The notes below the pieces were generated by a model that saw only the letters and a program-made list of their open reading frames with translations, did no database searches and was not told the origin of the DNA. A program made the translations under genes and the position numbers. Source: Chiloscyllium plagiosum (taxonomy: Eukaryota). Taken from it: a stretch of DNA of 64,000 nucleotides. This document shows positions 27,101 to 36,130 of this stretch, piece by piece. Within the stretch, counting starts at the first letter, position 1, and the number at the start of each line of letters is the position of its first letter. The stretch spans positions 57,365,023 through 57,429,022 of the forward strand of contig NC_057718.1 of NCBI RefSeq assembly GCF_004010195.1, written 5' to 3'.

Positions 27101-28959
27101 GGTTTACCCAATCTGTATGCAGATTGAATTCATCCATGATAACTGGGTTGCATGTACTTCATGTTTCTCGCCCTATTATTGATTACATACCCTAGACTTG
27201 TTTTTGGTGGCCTATATAAATTACTCTAATCAATATCTGCTGCTCCTTGCTGTTTCTGAGCTCCACTCGAATGGGTTCCATTGTTCTTCTGATCTGAGAT
27301 CCTTCCTTACTAACGTACTGATGCCAACCAGTTATCATCAGCACAAATCCTCCTTCTTCTTTTTGCTCGTCATAACTGGACTCTGATTCCCAATCGTCAT
27401 CACCAGGCAGCCATGATTCTACAATGGTAGTTAGATCATAACATTTAAATCTAATCATGTCTTTTAATCATCTACTATATTGCAAACACCGCATGCATTA
27501 GATGGCCCTTAAGTTGGTCTTTTTGACATCATGCAGCACTCAAAGCTTAGTCAGTGCTTGGCTTTGTTTTACCTGCCTTCTAGTTTCCCTAGCACTTTTA
27601 CGACTTTCTATTACTAAGTTTATTTCCTTTGAATTTGGGTTTCTCTTCAGGTCTCCACCTCCTCACAAGCCTGTTCAAATCCATCCTAACAGCATTAGCA
27701 AATTTCCCCATGAGGGTATTAGTCTCATTTTTGCTTAGATGAAACCCATACAACTTGCTCCAGAACTGGCCCCCAAGCCTCAGAAATCTGATTCTTTCCT
27801 CCTTACACTAGTTTTTCAGCCACATGTTAAATCAATCAATCCTCCTGTTCTTATATTAACTCACACATGACACTTGGAGCTATCCTGAATTTCTGCTAGA
27901 GGGCCTGCTTCTTAATTTTCAAACTCTCAAACCTGCTCCCAGGAACTCAACTGTCTTCTTTCTGATGTTACTGGCACCAATGTGGAACACAACAGCTGAC
28001 TGATTCCCTTCCCCAGAAGGATGTCCTGCAGCTGCTCCAGGATATCCTTCATCCTGGATTTAGCAAGACAACACACTATCCTTTAATGCAGCAGAAAGGA
28101 ATGCCATTCTCTTTTCCTACTGCCCTTCCATCTGTCACCAACACTCAACCCCTCCCAAAAAAAAGCCAAAATGCCCAAGGTGCAATGGATTTAGTTCTGG
28201 CTGCATTTTCCTGAAGAACCACTGCCCTCACCAGATCCAAAATGAAATGCTGATTAACAAGCAGAATAGACTCAAGAGATCCCTACATTCTCCTATAGTG
28301 CCTGATGGTCACCCATTCCTTCATATCTGCATGCTTCTAACCTGTGGAGACGCCAACTTCAATTCATGTTATCCACATAGTCCTCTCCCTCATGGGTGTA
28401 CAACAGTGACGCCAGACGATGCGCAAGTTCCAAAACTCAGTACGCATGGTATGTTCATGACTCCATAAACAACCTGATGTTTGACCCAGCTTACCTTCCA
28501 TCCCAGAACTCAAAATAAAAACTCCTGAGCTGTCCCACGCAATTTCGGATTTCCAGCATTTGCAGTTCCTTCTTTTGTTTTATACTAGCCCAGCAGTATC
28601 TACCCATTTCTGTATTAGAACTTCTCAAGGTCACTAATAAAGCAAACGGCCGCTGCCCTGGATAGGATCGTCCCCGGGCCTTAGCGCTGACCATTCTGTG
28701 GAACCACTCTTGCCCCGTCCTTTCATCGGGGACACATGTGACAAGCTCACCTACTGCTGCCCTGATCCACCGAAACTCGTCCCAGGACGGTGTTGCTGGC
28801 CCATAGTTGTTGATGAGCTCGTCTCACCGGCTGCCGCCCCGGTCCCGAGCACAACTTCCATAAAAACGGAGTCCCATGCGTGGACCCTCTCTCAGGTAAA
28901 AACCTGCAGAATCTGCGAAACATCAGCAACTTCATGTCTACGGCACAGGGCGCCGCCAT
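3053..28959 (-). CDS. PNPT1: Polyribonucleotide nucleotidyltransferase 1, mitochondrial (PNPase); spliced CDS, exons 1-11, 3'-partial (continues past the window start)
   Basis: Eleven exons (209, 61, 75, 106, 50, 64, 48, 114, 187, 52, 58 nt) have GT-AG boundaries and compatible phases. They translate to PNPase RNase PH domain 1 ([15 protein letters not shown]...[14 protein letters not shown]...[13 protein letters not shown]...WNGPIGAVRVG...) and the start of the alpha-helical domain. Confidence 0.97.
3201..3252 (-). CDS. PNPT1: PNPT1 exon 10
   Basis: cag|[17 protein letters not shown]|gtaagt. Confidence 0.95.
4086..4959. repeat. 83-bp perfect inverted repeat (4086-4168 vs 4877-4959) in PNPT1 intron 9
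   Basis: Direct base-by-base comparison; two ORF-track translations share the peptide [27 protein letters not shown] on opposite strands. Confidence 0.95.
5227..5413 (-). CDS. PNPT1: PNPT1 exon 9
   Basis: tag|[30 protein letters not shown]...EIVEYARQ|gtaagt. Confidence 0.97.
5881..6500 (+). mobile_element. tRNA-derived V-SINE (HE1-like), interrupted by a second copy in opposite orientation (about 6079-6387)
   Basis: Pol III A-box-like ggctcagtggttagc; V-domain tgtgtggagtttgcaca...cccacagtccaaa; CR1-like tail cctgtttccacactgta; the inner copy is the reverse complement. Confidence 0.85.
7034..7147 (-). CDS. PNPT1: PNPT1 exon 8
   Basis: cag|[38 protein letters not shown]|gtgagg. Confidence 0.97.
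9250..9950 (-). mobile_element. Degenerate RTE-like LINE 3' fragment
   Basis: Minus strand near 9290-9315 reads HIGLINHL, resembling the RTE C-terminal IGLxSH motif; heavily decayed. Confidence 0.4.
11045..11092 (-). CDS. PNPT1: PNPT1 exon 7
   Basis: cag|[16 protein letters not shown]|gtgggt. Confidence 0.96.
   Translation of the reverse strand, partial: PLQPWHCLTYHGMVL
12925..13150 (-). mobile_element. CR1-type LINE 3' end fragment
   Basis: ggagtaggccaatcggccctttgagccc...ggaattccacagattc is the reverse complement of a CR1 3' terminus. Confidence 0.6.
13318..13381 (-). CDS. PNPT1: PNPT1 exon 6
   Basis: aag|[21 protein letters not shown]|gtacgt. Confidence 0.96.
13456..13690 (+). mobile_element. 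Second Penelope-like terminal fragment with an inverted end and a decayed hammerhead core
   Basis: 13456-13488 is inverted relative to 13623-13653; CTGATGA-T-GTTACC-tagtat-GGTGAT-GAAAC at 13579-13609. Confidence 0.6.
13730..15530 (+). mobile_element. Degenerate CR1 LINE ORF2
   Basis: [45 protein letters not shown]. Confidence 0.9.
15928..15977 (-). CDS. PNPT1: PNPT1 exon 5
   Basis: cag|[17 protein letters not shown]|gtaaat. Confidence 0.97.
16745..16850 (-). CDS. PNPT1: PNPT1 exon 4
   Basis: tag|[35 protein letters not shown]|gtaag. Confidence 0.97.
16926..17000 (-). CDS. PNPT1: PNPT1 exon 3
   Basis: aag|[25 protein letters not shown]|gtaag. Confidence 0.96.
17879..18185 (+). mobile_element. 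V-SINE (HE1-like)
   Basis: tRNA-like head with A and B boxes (cagtggttagc, ggttcaagccc), V-domain and CR1-like tail. Confidence 0.88.
18495..20421 (+). mobile_element. CR1 LINE, 5'-truncated ORF2 and 3' UTR
   Basis: RT motifs MDFSKAF, VPQGSV, KFADDTK; close relative of the copy at 1-2227. Confidence 0.95.
20500..21010 (+). mobile_element. Old CR1 3' fragment
   Basis: Decayed similarity to the CR1 ORF2 C-terminus (ggtctttaaaattgtgaaaggttttgatagagtggata). Confidence 0.55.
21575..21635 (-). CDS. PNPT1: PNPT1 exon 2
   Basis: tag|A AAG CTT GAA ATC...GTG CAG|gtaaac; [20 protein letters not shown]. Confidence 0.96.
22915..23572 (+). mobile_element. Penelope-like element 3' fragment (GIY-YIG remnant and terminal repeat with hammerhead core)
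   Basis: GFLYTGETG and AEHFNSP motifs; CTGATGA-A-GAGC-tcat-GCTC-GAAAC at 23446. Confidence 0.8.
24565..26366 (+). mobile_element. CR1 LINE, 5'-truncated ORF2 and 3' UTR
   Basis: [39 protein letters not shown]; tail gactctgactctatga. Confidence 0.93.
27185..28100 (-). mobile_element. Old CR1 ORF1/endonuclease fragment
   Basis: [11 protein letters not shown]...[18 protein letters not shown] (APE endonuclease-like). Confidence 0.6.
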
Positions 28960-29140
28960 GACACACACCTCCCTATAAACCCCTCTGTGATTGGTTCGTT
29001 CACTCCCAGTGAAACCTTAGCAACACCTCCACTCTCCGTCGGTCTTTCATTTTCTATTTCCCCAGTTTTTAATTTGTTTCTTATGTGTATTTTTCCAGAG
29101 AATGAAATACTATGAAATAGGAAAATTCAACTTCCGGTTT
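28640..29140 (-). promoter_or_regulatory. PNPT1 promoter region: CpG-rich exon 1, CCAAT box, ETS/GABP-like site
   Basis: CpG density is high compared with the rest of the window. AACCAATCAC (NF-Y type) on the minus strand at 28987-28996; ACTTCCGG at 29130-29137. Confidence 0.6.
28751..28959 (-). CDS. PNPT1: PNPT1 coding exon 1 (mitochondrial presequence)
   Basis: ATG at 28959 in gtc[27 protein letters not shown]...[10 protein letters not shown]; donor AG|GTGAGC in phase 2, compatible with exon 2; CpG-rich. Confidence 0.88.
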
Positions 29141-29348
29141 TCAATTTAGAGCGATAGAGACGTGTTACTCCTGATATTTGTTACCCAAATTTTATTTGCT
29201 GATCGTTTTGTGGAATTTCACTGTAAATGTCATCTCACAGGTATTTTAAGCTATCTCAGCTCGTAGTAGTAATATTATCAGAAAATAATTATAAGTAAGC
29301 AGTCATTAGGGCAGTTGTTACGTAGTTTAAAAATAGTAAAGTATTAAC

Positions 29349-29580
29349 GTGTGGAGTTTGCACATTCTCCCCGTGTCTGTGTGGGTTTTCTCCAGCGCTC
29401 AGGTTTCCTCCCACAGTCCAAAGATGTGCAGGTTAGATGGATTGGCTGTGGGAAATGGAGGGTTACAGGGATAGGGTAGCGGGGTGAATCTGGTTGGGAA
29501 GCTCTTCAGAGAATTGGTGTGGACCTTTTTAGCCAAATAGTCTGTTTCCATACTGTAGGGATTCTGTGATTCAATTCTAT
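29349..29580 (+). mobile_element. 5'-truncated V-SINE
   Basis: V-domain and tail present, tRNA head missing. Confidence 0.8.
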
Positions 29581-29649
29581 AAAATATGGAGCCTTCTGAG
29601 GCATGAAATTTTCAATGATAAAAGTTTAAGATAAAAGTGAATCATACTC

Positions 29650-29968
29650 TTAGAATCATAGAGATGTACAGCACAGAAACAGACCCTTCAGTCCAACTCG
29701 TCCTTGCCGCCCAGGTATCCTTAATTAATCATTTGCCAGCACTTGGCCCATATCCCACTAAACCTTTCCCATTCATATACCCATCCAGATGCCTTTTAAA
29801 TGCTGTAATTGTACCAGCCTTCACCATTTCATCTGGCTGCACATTCCATTCACACACCACCTTCTGCGTGGAAAGATTACCCTATTAAATATTTCCCTTT
29901 TAGGTCCCTTTTAAATATTTCCCCTCTCACTCTAAACCTATGCCCCCCAGTTCTGGACTCCCCCATCT
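29650..29968 (-). mobile_element. CR1 3' end
   Basis: Reverse complement resembles 1945-2225. Confidence 0.85.
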
Positions 29969-30419
29969 GAAAAATTGTGAGCTCACTCTCCAACTTGTGC
30001 TTCAGGCCATTGATAGTGACTTGGCTAATTGAAAAGCTGTTCACTTTCTCACAATAATAGGCTCTCATGTAAATAGTCTGTCCATTGTACAAGTGACTTA
30101 ATAATTATGTCATCTTCAAATTGTCAAACAAGGCATTTCAAGCATCTGCTACAGAACATGCTACATCATTTGCAAAACTATTAGCATTAACGTTTATTGG
30201 AAACAATGCGACTGAACTGTCGCCACTTCTTTCCCGCAAAGTGAGATCTATGGATACAGATGGAAATCAAAAACAAAGGTCAGCTGTAAATTAAAGTTTG
30301 AAAGGTGTGAGGTGTTATTTTGTAGGAATTTTTACATAAGGGTCCAACCTTTTATTATTGCTTCCATCCCATCAAAGTCCACATGTACTTGGACATATCT
30401 AGATTTGTCTTTTAAGAGC

Positions 30420-31760
30420 AGAATCCATAAAGACTGGTAGCATTGTTCCCATGAATCATCGACCCTTGTCCATCTAAATGGTGGTGGTCATGTATTTGGA
30501 AGGTGTCTAAGGAGAAAGTGAGGACTGCAGATGCTGGAGAGCAGAGCTGAAAACATGTTGCTGGAAAAGCGCAGCAGGTCGTTTCGGGATTCCTGAAGAA
30601 GGGCTCATGCCTGAAACGTCGATTCTCCTGCTCCTTGGATGCTGCCTGACCTGCTGTGCTTTTCCAGCAACACGTTTTCAGCAAATGTCTAAGGAACCTT
30701 GGTGAGTACAATGCACCTTGTGGTACACATTGCTGATACTGAGCATTGATGGTGGAGGGAGTGAATCTTTGTGGATGTAGTATCAATCAAACAGGCTGCT
30801 TCCTCCTGGATGCAGCCTGTCAATTTTCTGGAGTGTTGTGGAGCTGCAGTAATCAAGTAAATTGGGGAGTATTTCATCAAACTCTTGACTTATGTCTTGT
30901 AGATGGTGAAAAGGCTTTAGAGAGCGAGGAGGTGAGTTACTCAATATGGGAGTTTTAACCTCTGGCTCTTATAGCCTTGTATTATAGGGTGTTGATAGTA
31001 GGGAATTCAGTGTTGGTAATGCCATTGAAAGCCAATGGATGATGGTGAGATTCTGTCTTCTTTGAGATGGTCATTGACTGGTATTTGTGTGGTGTCAATG
31101 GTATTTGTCACTTTTCAGCCCTGGATATTGTCCAAGTCCAGCTGTATTGGGCTTAGAATACTTCAATATCCATTAAGTTGTAAGTGGTGCTGAACATTGT
31201 ACATCCATTAGTTAACATCCCATATCTCACTTTATGATGCAGGGAAAGTCATTGATGAAGCAGCTGAAGATGGTTGGGAGAAGGACATTACCCTGAGGAA
31301 TGCCTACAGACATGTCGAGGAGCTGAGATGATTGACCTCCAACAATTAGAATAATCTTCCCTTGTGACAGATAGGAATCCCCCAACCAGTAGAGTTTGTC
31401 CCTGATTCGCATTGGCTTTTTACTAGGGCTCCTTGATGCAACATTTGATCAAATGTAGCCATGATGTCAAGGGTAGTGAATCTTACCTCACCTCTGGAAC
31501 TCAGCTCTTCTGTCCAGAATTGAATAAAGGCTGTAATAAGATCAGTGGTCTAGCAGAACTCAATCTAAGCACTAGTGAGCAAGTTATTATTTGGTAAGCG
31601 CTGCTTAATAGCACTGTTGATGACCCCTTACATAACTTTACTGATGATCAGGTCTGATAGGATCTTAAATAGCCAGGTTGGATTTATCCATTTTTTTTGT
31701 GTACTGGACAAACCTGGGCAATTTTCTTCATTGTTGGGTGGATACCAGAGTTCTAGATGC
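30420..31760 (-). mobile_element. Decayed LINE of a second family (CR1/L2 group); RT remnant
   Basis: IVGGQSSQ...GIPQGNVLLPTIFSCFIND. Related pieces at about 22490-22910(-), 32530-33240(-), 34628-35110(-), 37030-37885(+), 48530-48860(+) and 57250-58140(-). Confidence 0.7.
30514..30685. mobile_element. Penelope-derived fold-back mini-element
   Basis: Inverted arms; hammerhead core at 30593; TSD tgtctaagga at 30504-30513 and 30686-30695. Confidence 0.8.
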
Positions 31761-32201
31761 CAATGTTGCTCTCCATTAAAAAGTAACTATGCTTCAGAAA
31801 TTACTGACTATTAAAAGCTTTGAAAGATTGTGAGGCTGTGAAAGTGAGATACAGAAGGACTTTTTTATGCATGTATGCAATAGTGCATGTAAAAGAATTT
31901 TCAAGATTACTTTCAAGGAAGGATTGGGGAATTAACGTAAAAAAAATTAACTAAGGCGGACAAAAAGACAAAATTGAACTGGAGATGAGTCAAAAGACAT
32001 TTTCTTTAATCGTGCTTCACTGATTGTGAATGTCACTGGCTAGGCAGCATTTATTGCTCATCTCTAATTGTCCTTGTGGAGGTTGTGGTGAGCTACTTTC
32101 TTGAACTCCTACAGAGCAGGTAACTCACAGTGCTGTTAGGAAGGGGGTTGAAGGATTTTGGTCTAGCAGTAGTGACAGAGTGAAAATATAGTTTCACTAT
32201 A

Positions 32202-32522
32202 GGGGCGGCACAGTGGTTAGCACTGCTGCCTCACAACGCCAAGGACCTGGCGACTGTGTGGAGTTTGCACTTTGTCCCCATGTCTGCATGGTTTCCCCCA
32301 GGTGCTCCGGTTTCCTTCCACAGTCCAAAGATGTGCAGGTTAGGTGAATTGGCCATACTTAAATTGTACATAGTGTTCAGGGATGTGCAGGTTGGGTGCA
32401 TTAGTCAGGGGTAAATGTAGGGTAATAGAGTAGGGTAATTGGTTTGGATGGGTTACTCTTTGGAGGGTCGGTGTGGACTTGTTGGGCCGAAGGGCCTGTT
32501 TCCACACTGTAGGGATTCTATG
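32202..32522 (+). mobile_element. V-SINE (HE1-like)
   Basis: gggcggcacagtggttagc head, V-domain, CR1-like tail. Confidence 0.85.
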
Positions 32523-32712
32523 GATAGTTCCAAATCAGAATGGTGTGTCGGTTGGATGGAAACTACTAGGTGGGTGTGCTTCCGTGCTTTTGCTGCTTCT
32601 GCTTTTCTAGGTGGTCAAAGTCACAGGTTTGGAAGGTGCTATTGAAGAGCCTTGTAAATGTTACAAATGTCTGCCAGCTGTGGAGGGAGTGATAGATGGG
32701 ATACTAATCAAG

Positions 32713-32902
32713 TTTAGAGTGGTGCTGGAAAAGCACAGCAGGTTAGGCAGCATCCGAGGTGCAGGAAAATCTACGTTTCGGGCATTTCCTGATGAAGGGC
32801 TTTTGCCCGAAACGTTGATTTTCCTGCTCCTCAGATGTTGACTGAACTGCTATGCTTTTCCAGCACCACTCTAATCCAGCATCTGCAGTCCTCACTTTTG
32901 TC
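32713..32902. mobile_element. Penelope-derived fold-back mini-element
   Basis: Inverted arms; hammerhead core at 32789; TSD tactaatcaag at 32702-32712 and 32903-32913. Confidence 0.8.
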
Positions 32903-33247
32903 TACTAATCAAGCAGGCTGCTCTGTCCTCAATGATGTCAAGCTTATTCAGTGTTTTGTGACGAGTGTTCCTTCACACTGACTTGTACCTCATAGACAGT
33001 GACAGGCATTGAAAACTTGGGAGGGGAGTCACTCACTGCAGGATTCCTAGCCTCTGAATTGCTCTTGTAGCCACAGTATTTATATGGCTGGTCCATTTTA
33101 GTTTCTGTTCAATGATAACCCTCATGATGTTGTAAGTAGCGGATTCACTGATGATGATACCATTGAATGTCAAGGGGAGATGATTAGATTCTCTCTTGTT
33201 GGCGATGGTCATTGCCTGGGACTTGTAAGGCATACATGTTACTTATC

Positions 33248-34610
33248 TTTGAGGAGAAAGTGAGGACTGCAGATGCTGGAGATCAGAGCTGAAAATGTGT
33301 TGCTGGAAAAGCACAGCAGGTCAGGCAGCATCCAAAGAGCAGGAGAATCGACGTTTCGGGCATGAGCCCTTCTTCAGGAATGAGGAAAGTGTGCCCAGCA
33401 GGCTAAATAAAAGGTAGGGAGGAGGGACTTGGGGGAGGGGTGCTGGAAATGTGATAGGTGGAAGGAGGTTAAGGTGAGGGTGATAGGCTGGAGTGGGGAT
33501 GGGGGCGGAGAGGTCAGGAAGAAGATTGCAGGTTAGGAAAGTGGTGCTGAGTTCGAGGGTTGGCCTGCTGGGCACACTTTCCTCATTCCTGAAGAAGGGC
33601 TCATGCCCGAAACGTCGATTCTCCTGCTCCTTGGATGCTGCCTGACCTGCTGTGCTTTTCCAGCAACACATTTTCAGCTNNNNNNNNNNNNNNNNNNNNN
33701 NNNNNNNNNNNNNNNNNNNNNNNNNNNNNNNNNNNNNNNNNNNNNNNNNNNNNNNNNNNNNNNNNNNNNNNNNNNNNNNNNNNNNNNNNNNNNNNNNNNN
33801 NNNNNNNNNNNNNNNNNNNNNNNNNNNNNNNNNNNNNNNNNNNNNNNNNNNNNNNNNNNNNNNNNNNNNNNNNNNNNNNNNNNNNNNNNNNNNNNNNNNN
33901 NNNNNNNNNNNNNNNNNNNNNNNNNNNNNNNNNNNNNNNNNNNNNNNNNNNNNNNNNNNNNNNNNNNNNNNNNNNNNNNNNNNNNNNNNNNNNNNNNNNN
34001 NNNNNNNNNNNNNNNNNNNNNNNNNNNNNNNNNNNNNNNNNNNNNNNNNNNNNNNNNNNNNNNNNNNNNNNNNNNNNNNNNNNNNNNNNNNNNNNNNNNN
34101 NNNNNNNNNNNNNNNNNNNNNNNNNNNNNNNNNNNNNNNNNNNNNNNNNNNNNNNNNNNNNNNNNNNNNNNNNNNNNNNNNNNNNNNNNNNNNNNNNNNN
34201 NNNNNNNNNNNNNNNNNNNNNNNNNNNNNNNNNNNNNNNNNNNNNNNNNNNNNNNNNNNNNNNNNNNNNNNNNNNNNNNNNNNNNNNNNNNNNNNNNNNN
34301 NNNNNNNNNNNNNNNNNNNNNNNNNNNNNNNNNNNNNNNNNNCCCTCGAACTCAGCACCGCCTTCCTAACCTGCAATCTTCTTCCTGACCTCTCCGCCCC
34401 CACCCCCACTCCCGCCTATCACCCTCACCTTGACCTCCTTCCACCTATCACATTTCCAACGCCCCTCCCCCAAGTCCCTCCTCCCTACCTTTTATTTAGC
34501 CTGCTGGGCACACTTTCCTCATTCCTGAAGAAGGGCTTATGCCCGAAACGTCGATTCTCCTGTTCCTTGGATGCTGCCTGACCTGCTGTGCTTTTCCAGC
34601 AACACATTTT
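33248..34610. mobile_element. Penelope-derived inverted element spanning the assembly gap; three intact hammerhead cores
   Basis: Cores at 33350-33377(-), 33589-33616(+) and 34525-34552(+); TSD catacatgttacttatc at 33231-33247 and 34611-34627. Confidence 0.8.
33680..34342. other. Assembly gap (663 N)
   Basis: Run of N. Confidence 1.
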
Positions 34611-36017
34611 CATACATGTTACTTATCAGTCCAACCCTGAATGTTGCCTAAATTTTGCAGCATATGGTCACAGGCAGCTTTGGTATCTGAAGAGTCATGA
34701 ATGGTGCTAAACATTGTGCAGTCAACAGCAGACATCCCCGTTTCTGACCTTACGATGGAAAAAAGGTAATTGTTGAAACAACTGAAGATGGCTGGGCCTA
34801 GGACACTGTCTAGAAAAGCTTCTGCAATGATGTCCGGGACTGAAAGCAATGATCTCCAATAATCACAATCCTACACCAACCTCTTTTGTGTTAGGTTTGA
34901 ATCCAACCATTGGAGAGTAACCTCTTTTCCCCCTCCTTCCATTCCTGTTGATTAATTTTTCTAGGGCTCCTTGAAGCCATACTCGGTGAAGTGCTGCCTT
35001 GATATCAAGGGCAGTCACCCTCACTTTACATCTGGAGGTCAGTTCTTTCGTCCATGTTTAGACAAAGGCTTTAATGAGATCAAGAGCTTAGTCACTCTGT
35101 GGAACCCAAACTCATGTCATCTGAAAAGTAATGAAACAAAAATGAAAATTAATAGAATGACAGAATGAATATCAGAGAAGTGAAAAAGTAATAAGAAACA
35201 GGATTAAATATTGATTTGGAAGCAAACAGTATTTAATATAAAACTTCTGACTGCTCATTGTTAACTTTAAATATGTTTCTCACATGAAAATCCAATGACC
35301 ACTGGGAATGTTCACTTCCATCTGCCAAATTTACTTTCTGCTTTTGTAGCAATGCACCGTGCAAGAAGATTGGCTGCTTTCTATACTTTTTGCTTTTGAT
35401 CATCTTTTTCAGCAATGTGTTCTACCCCAATGTGGAAAATGTCAAATATCAATGCTATCCCAATCTGTTAAAAACAGCATTTCATTGGTACATTTAAAAG
35501 AAAATATCAATGTGTTCCCTAGGAACTTGTCAAGTTGCAGGTTTCATTAAATCTTTCTTTCCTAACTAGTTCTGCTGTTCACCACCCCGCTCCAGCCCAC
35601 ATTTCTGTTACTCTTAAATTCCACAAGATGGCACTGTTATAACATTTTATTAGTTCAAAAGTTGAACACAACACAATTAAGACACAATTTATCAGATCGT
35701 GAGTTAGAAAACAGAGTACAAATAGATTTCTAAAATATTTTTGGACTCAATTGGTTGCCAAGAAAATATATTAAAAACTACTAATGTTGGAAATTACATC
35801 CATTATGACTATGACTAAGGCAAGTTTCCCTCACCTTTTATCAACTTTTCTCCAGCCTTTGACACAGTTGATTACACCAACCTCATCCAACACCTTTACA
35901 CTGGGAGGCTGCAAATGCCTCTATTTTAATTGTAGCCCAAGAATCACCAGCAATGTATTCTGTTTTCACTTCCACACATTCACTTCTGGTGTTCTCCAAA
36001 AATTTGGTGTTCCAAAT

Positions 36018-36130
36018 GGACGGCAGGACAGCTCAGTAGTTAGCACTGTTACCTCACAGCACTAGGGACCTAGGTTTGATCCTAGCCTTGGGTGACTATC
36101 TGCGTGGAGTTTGCACATTCTTCCTGTATC
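36018..36130 (+). mobile_element. V-SINE 5' fragment
   Basis: tRNA-like head and start of the V-domain. Confidence 0.7.

Noticed and set aside
33321..34581. Longest ORFs in the track (244-362 aa)
   Set aside because: Artefacts of translating the N gap.
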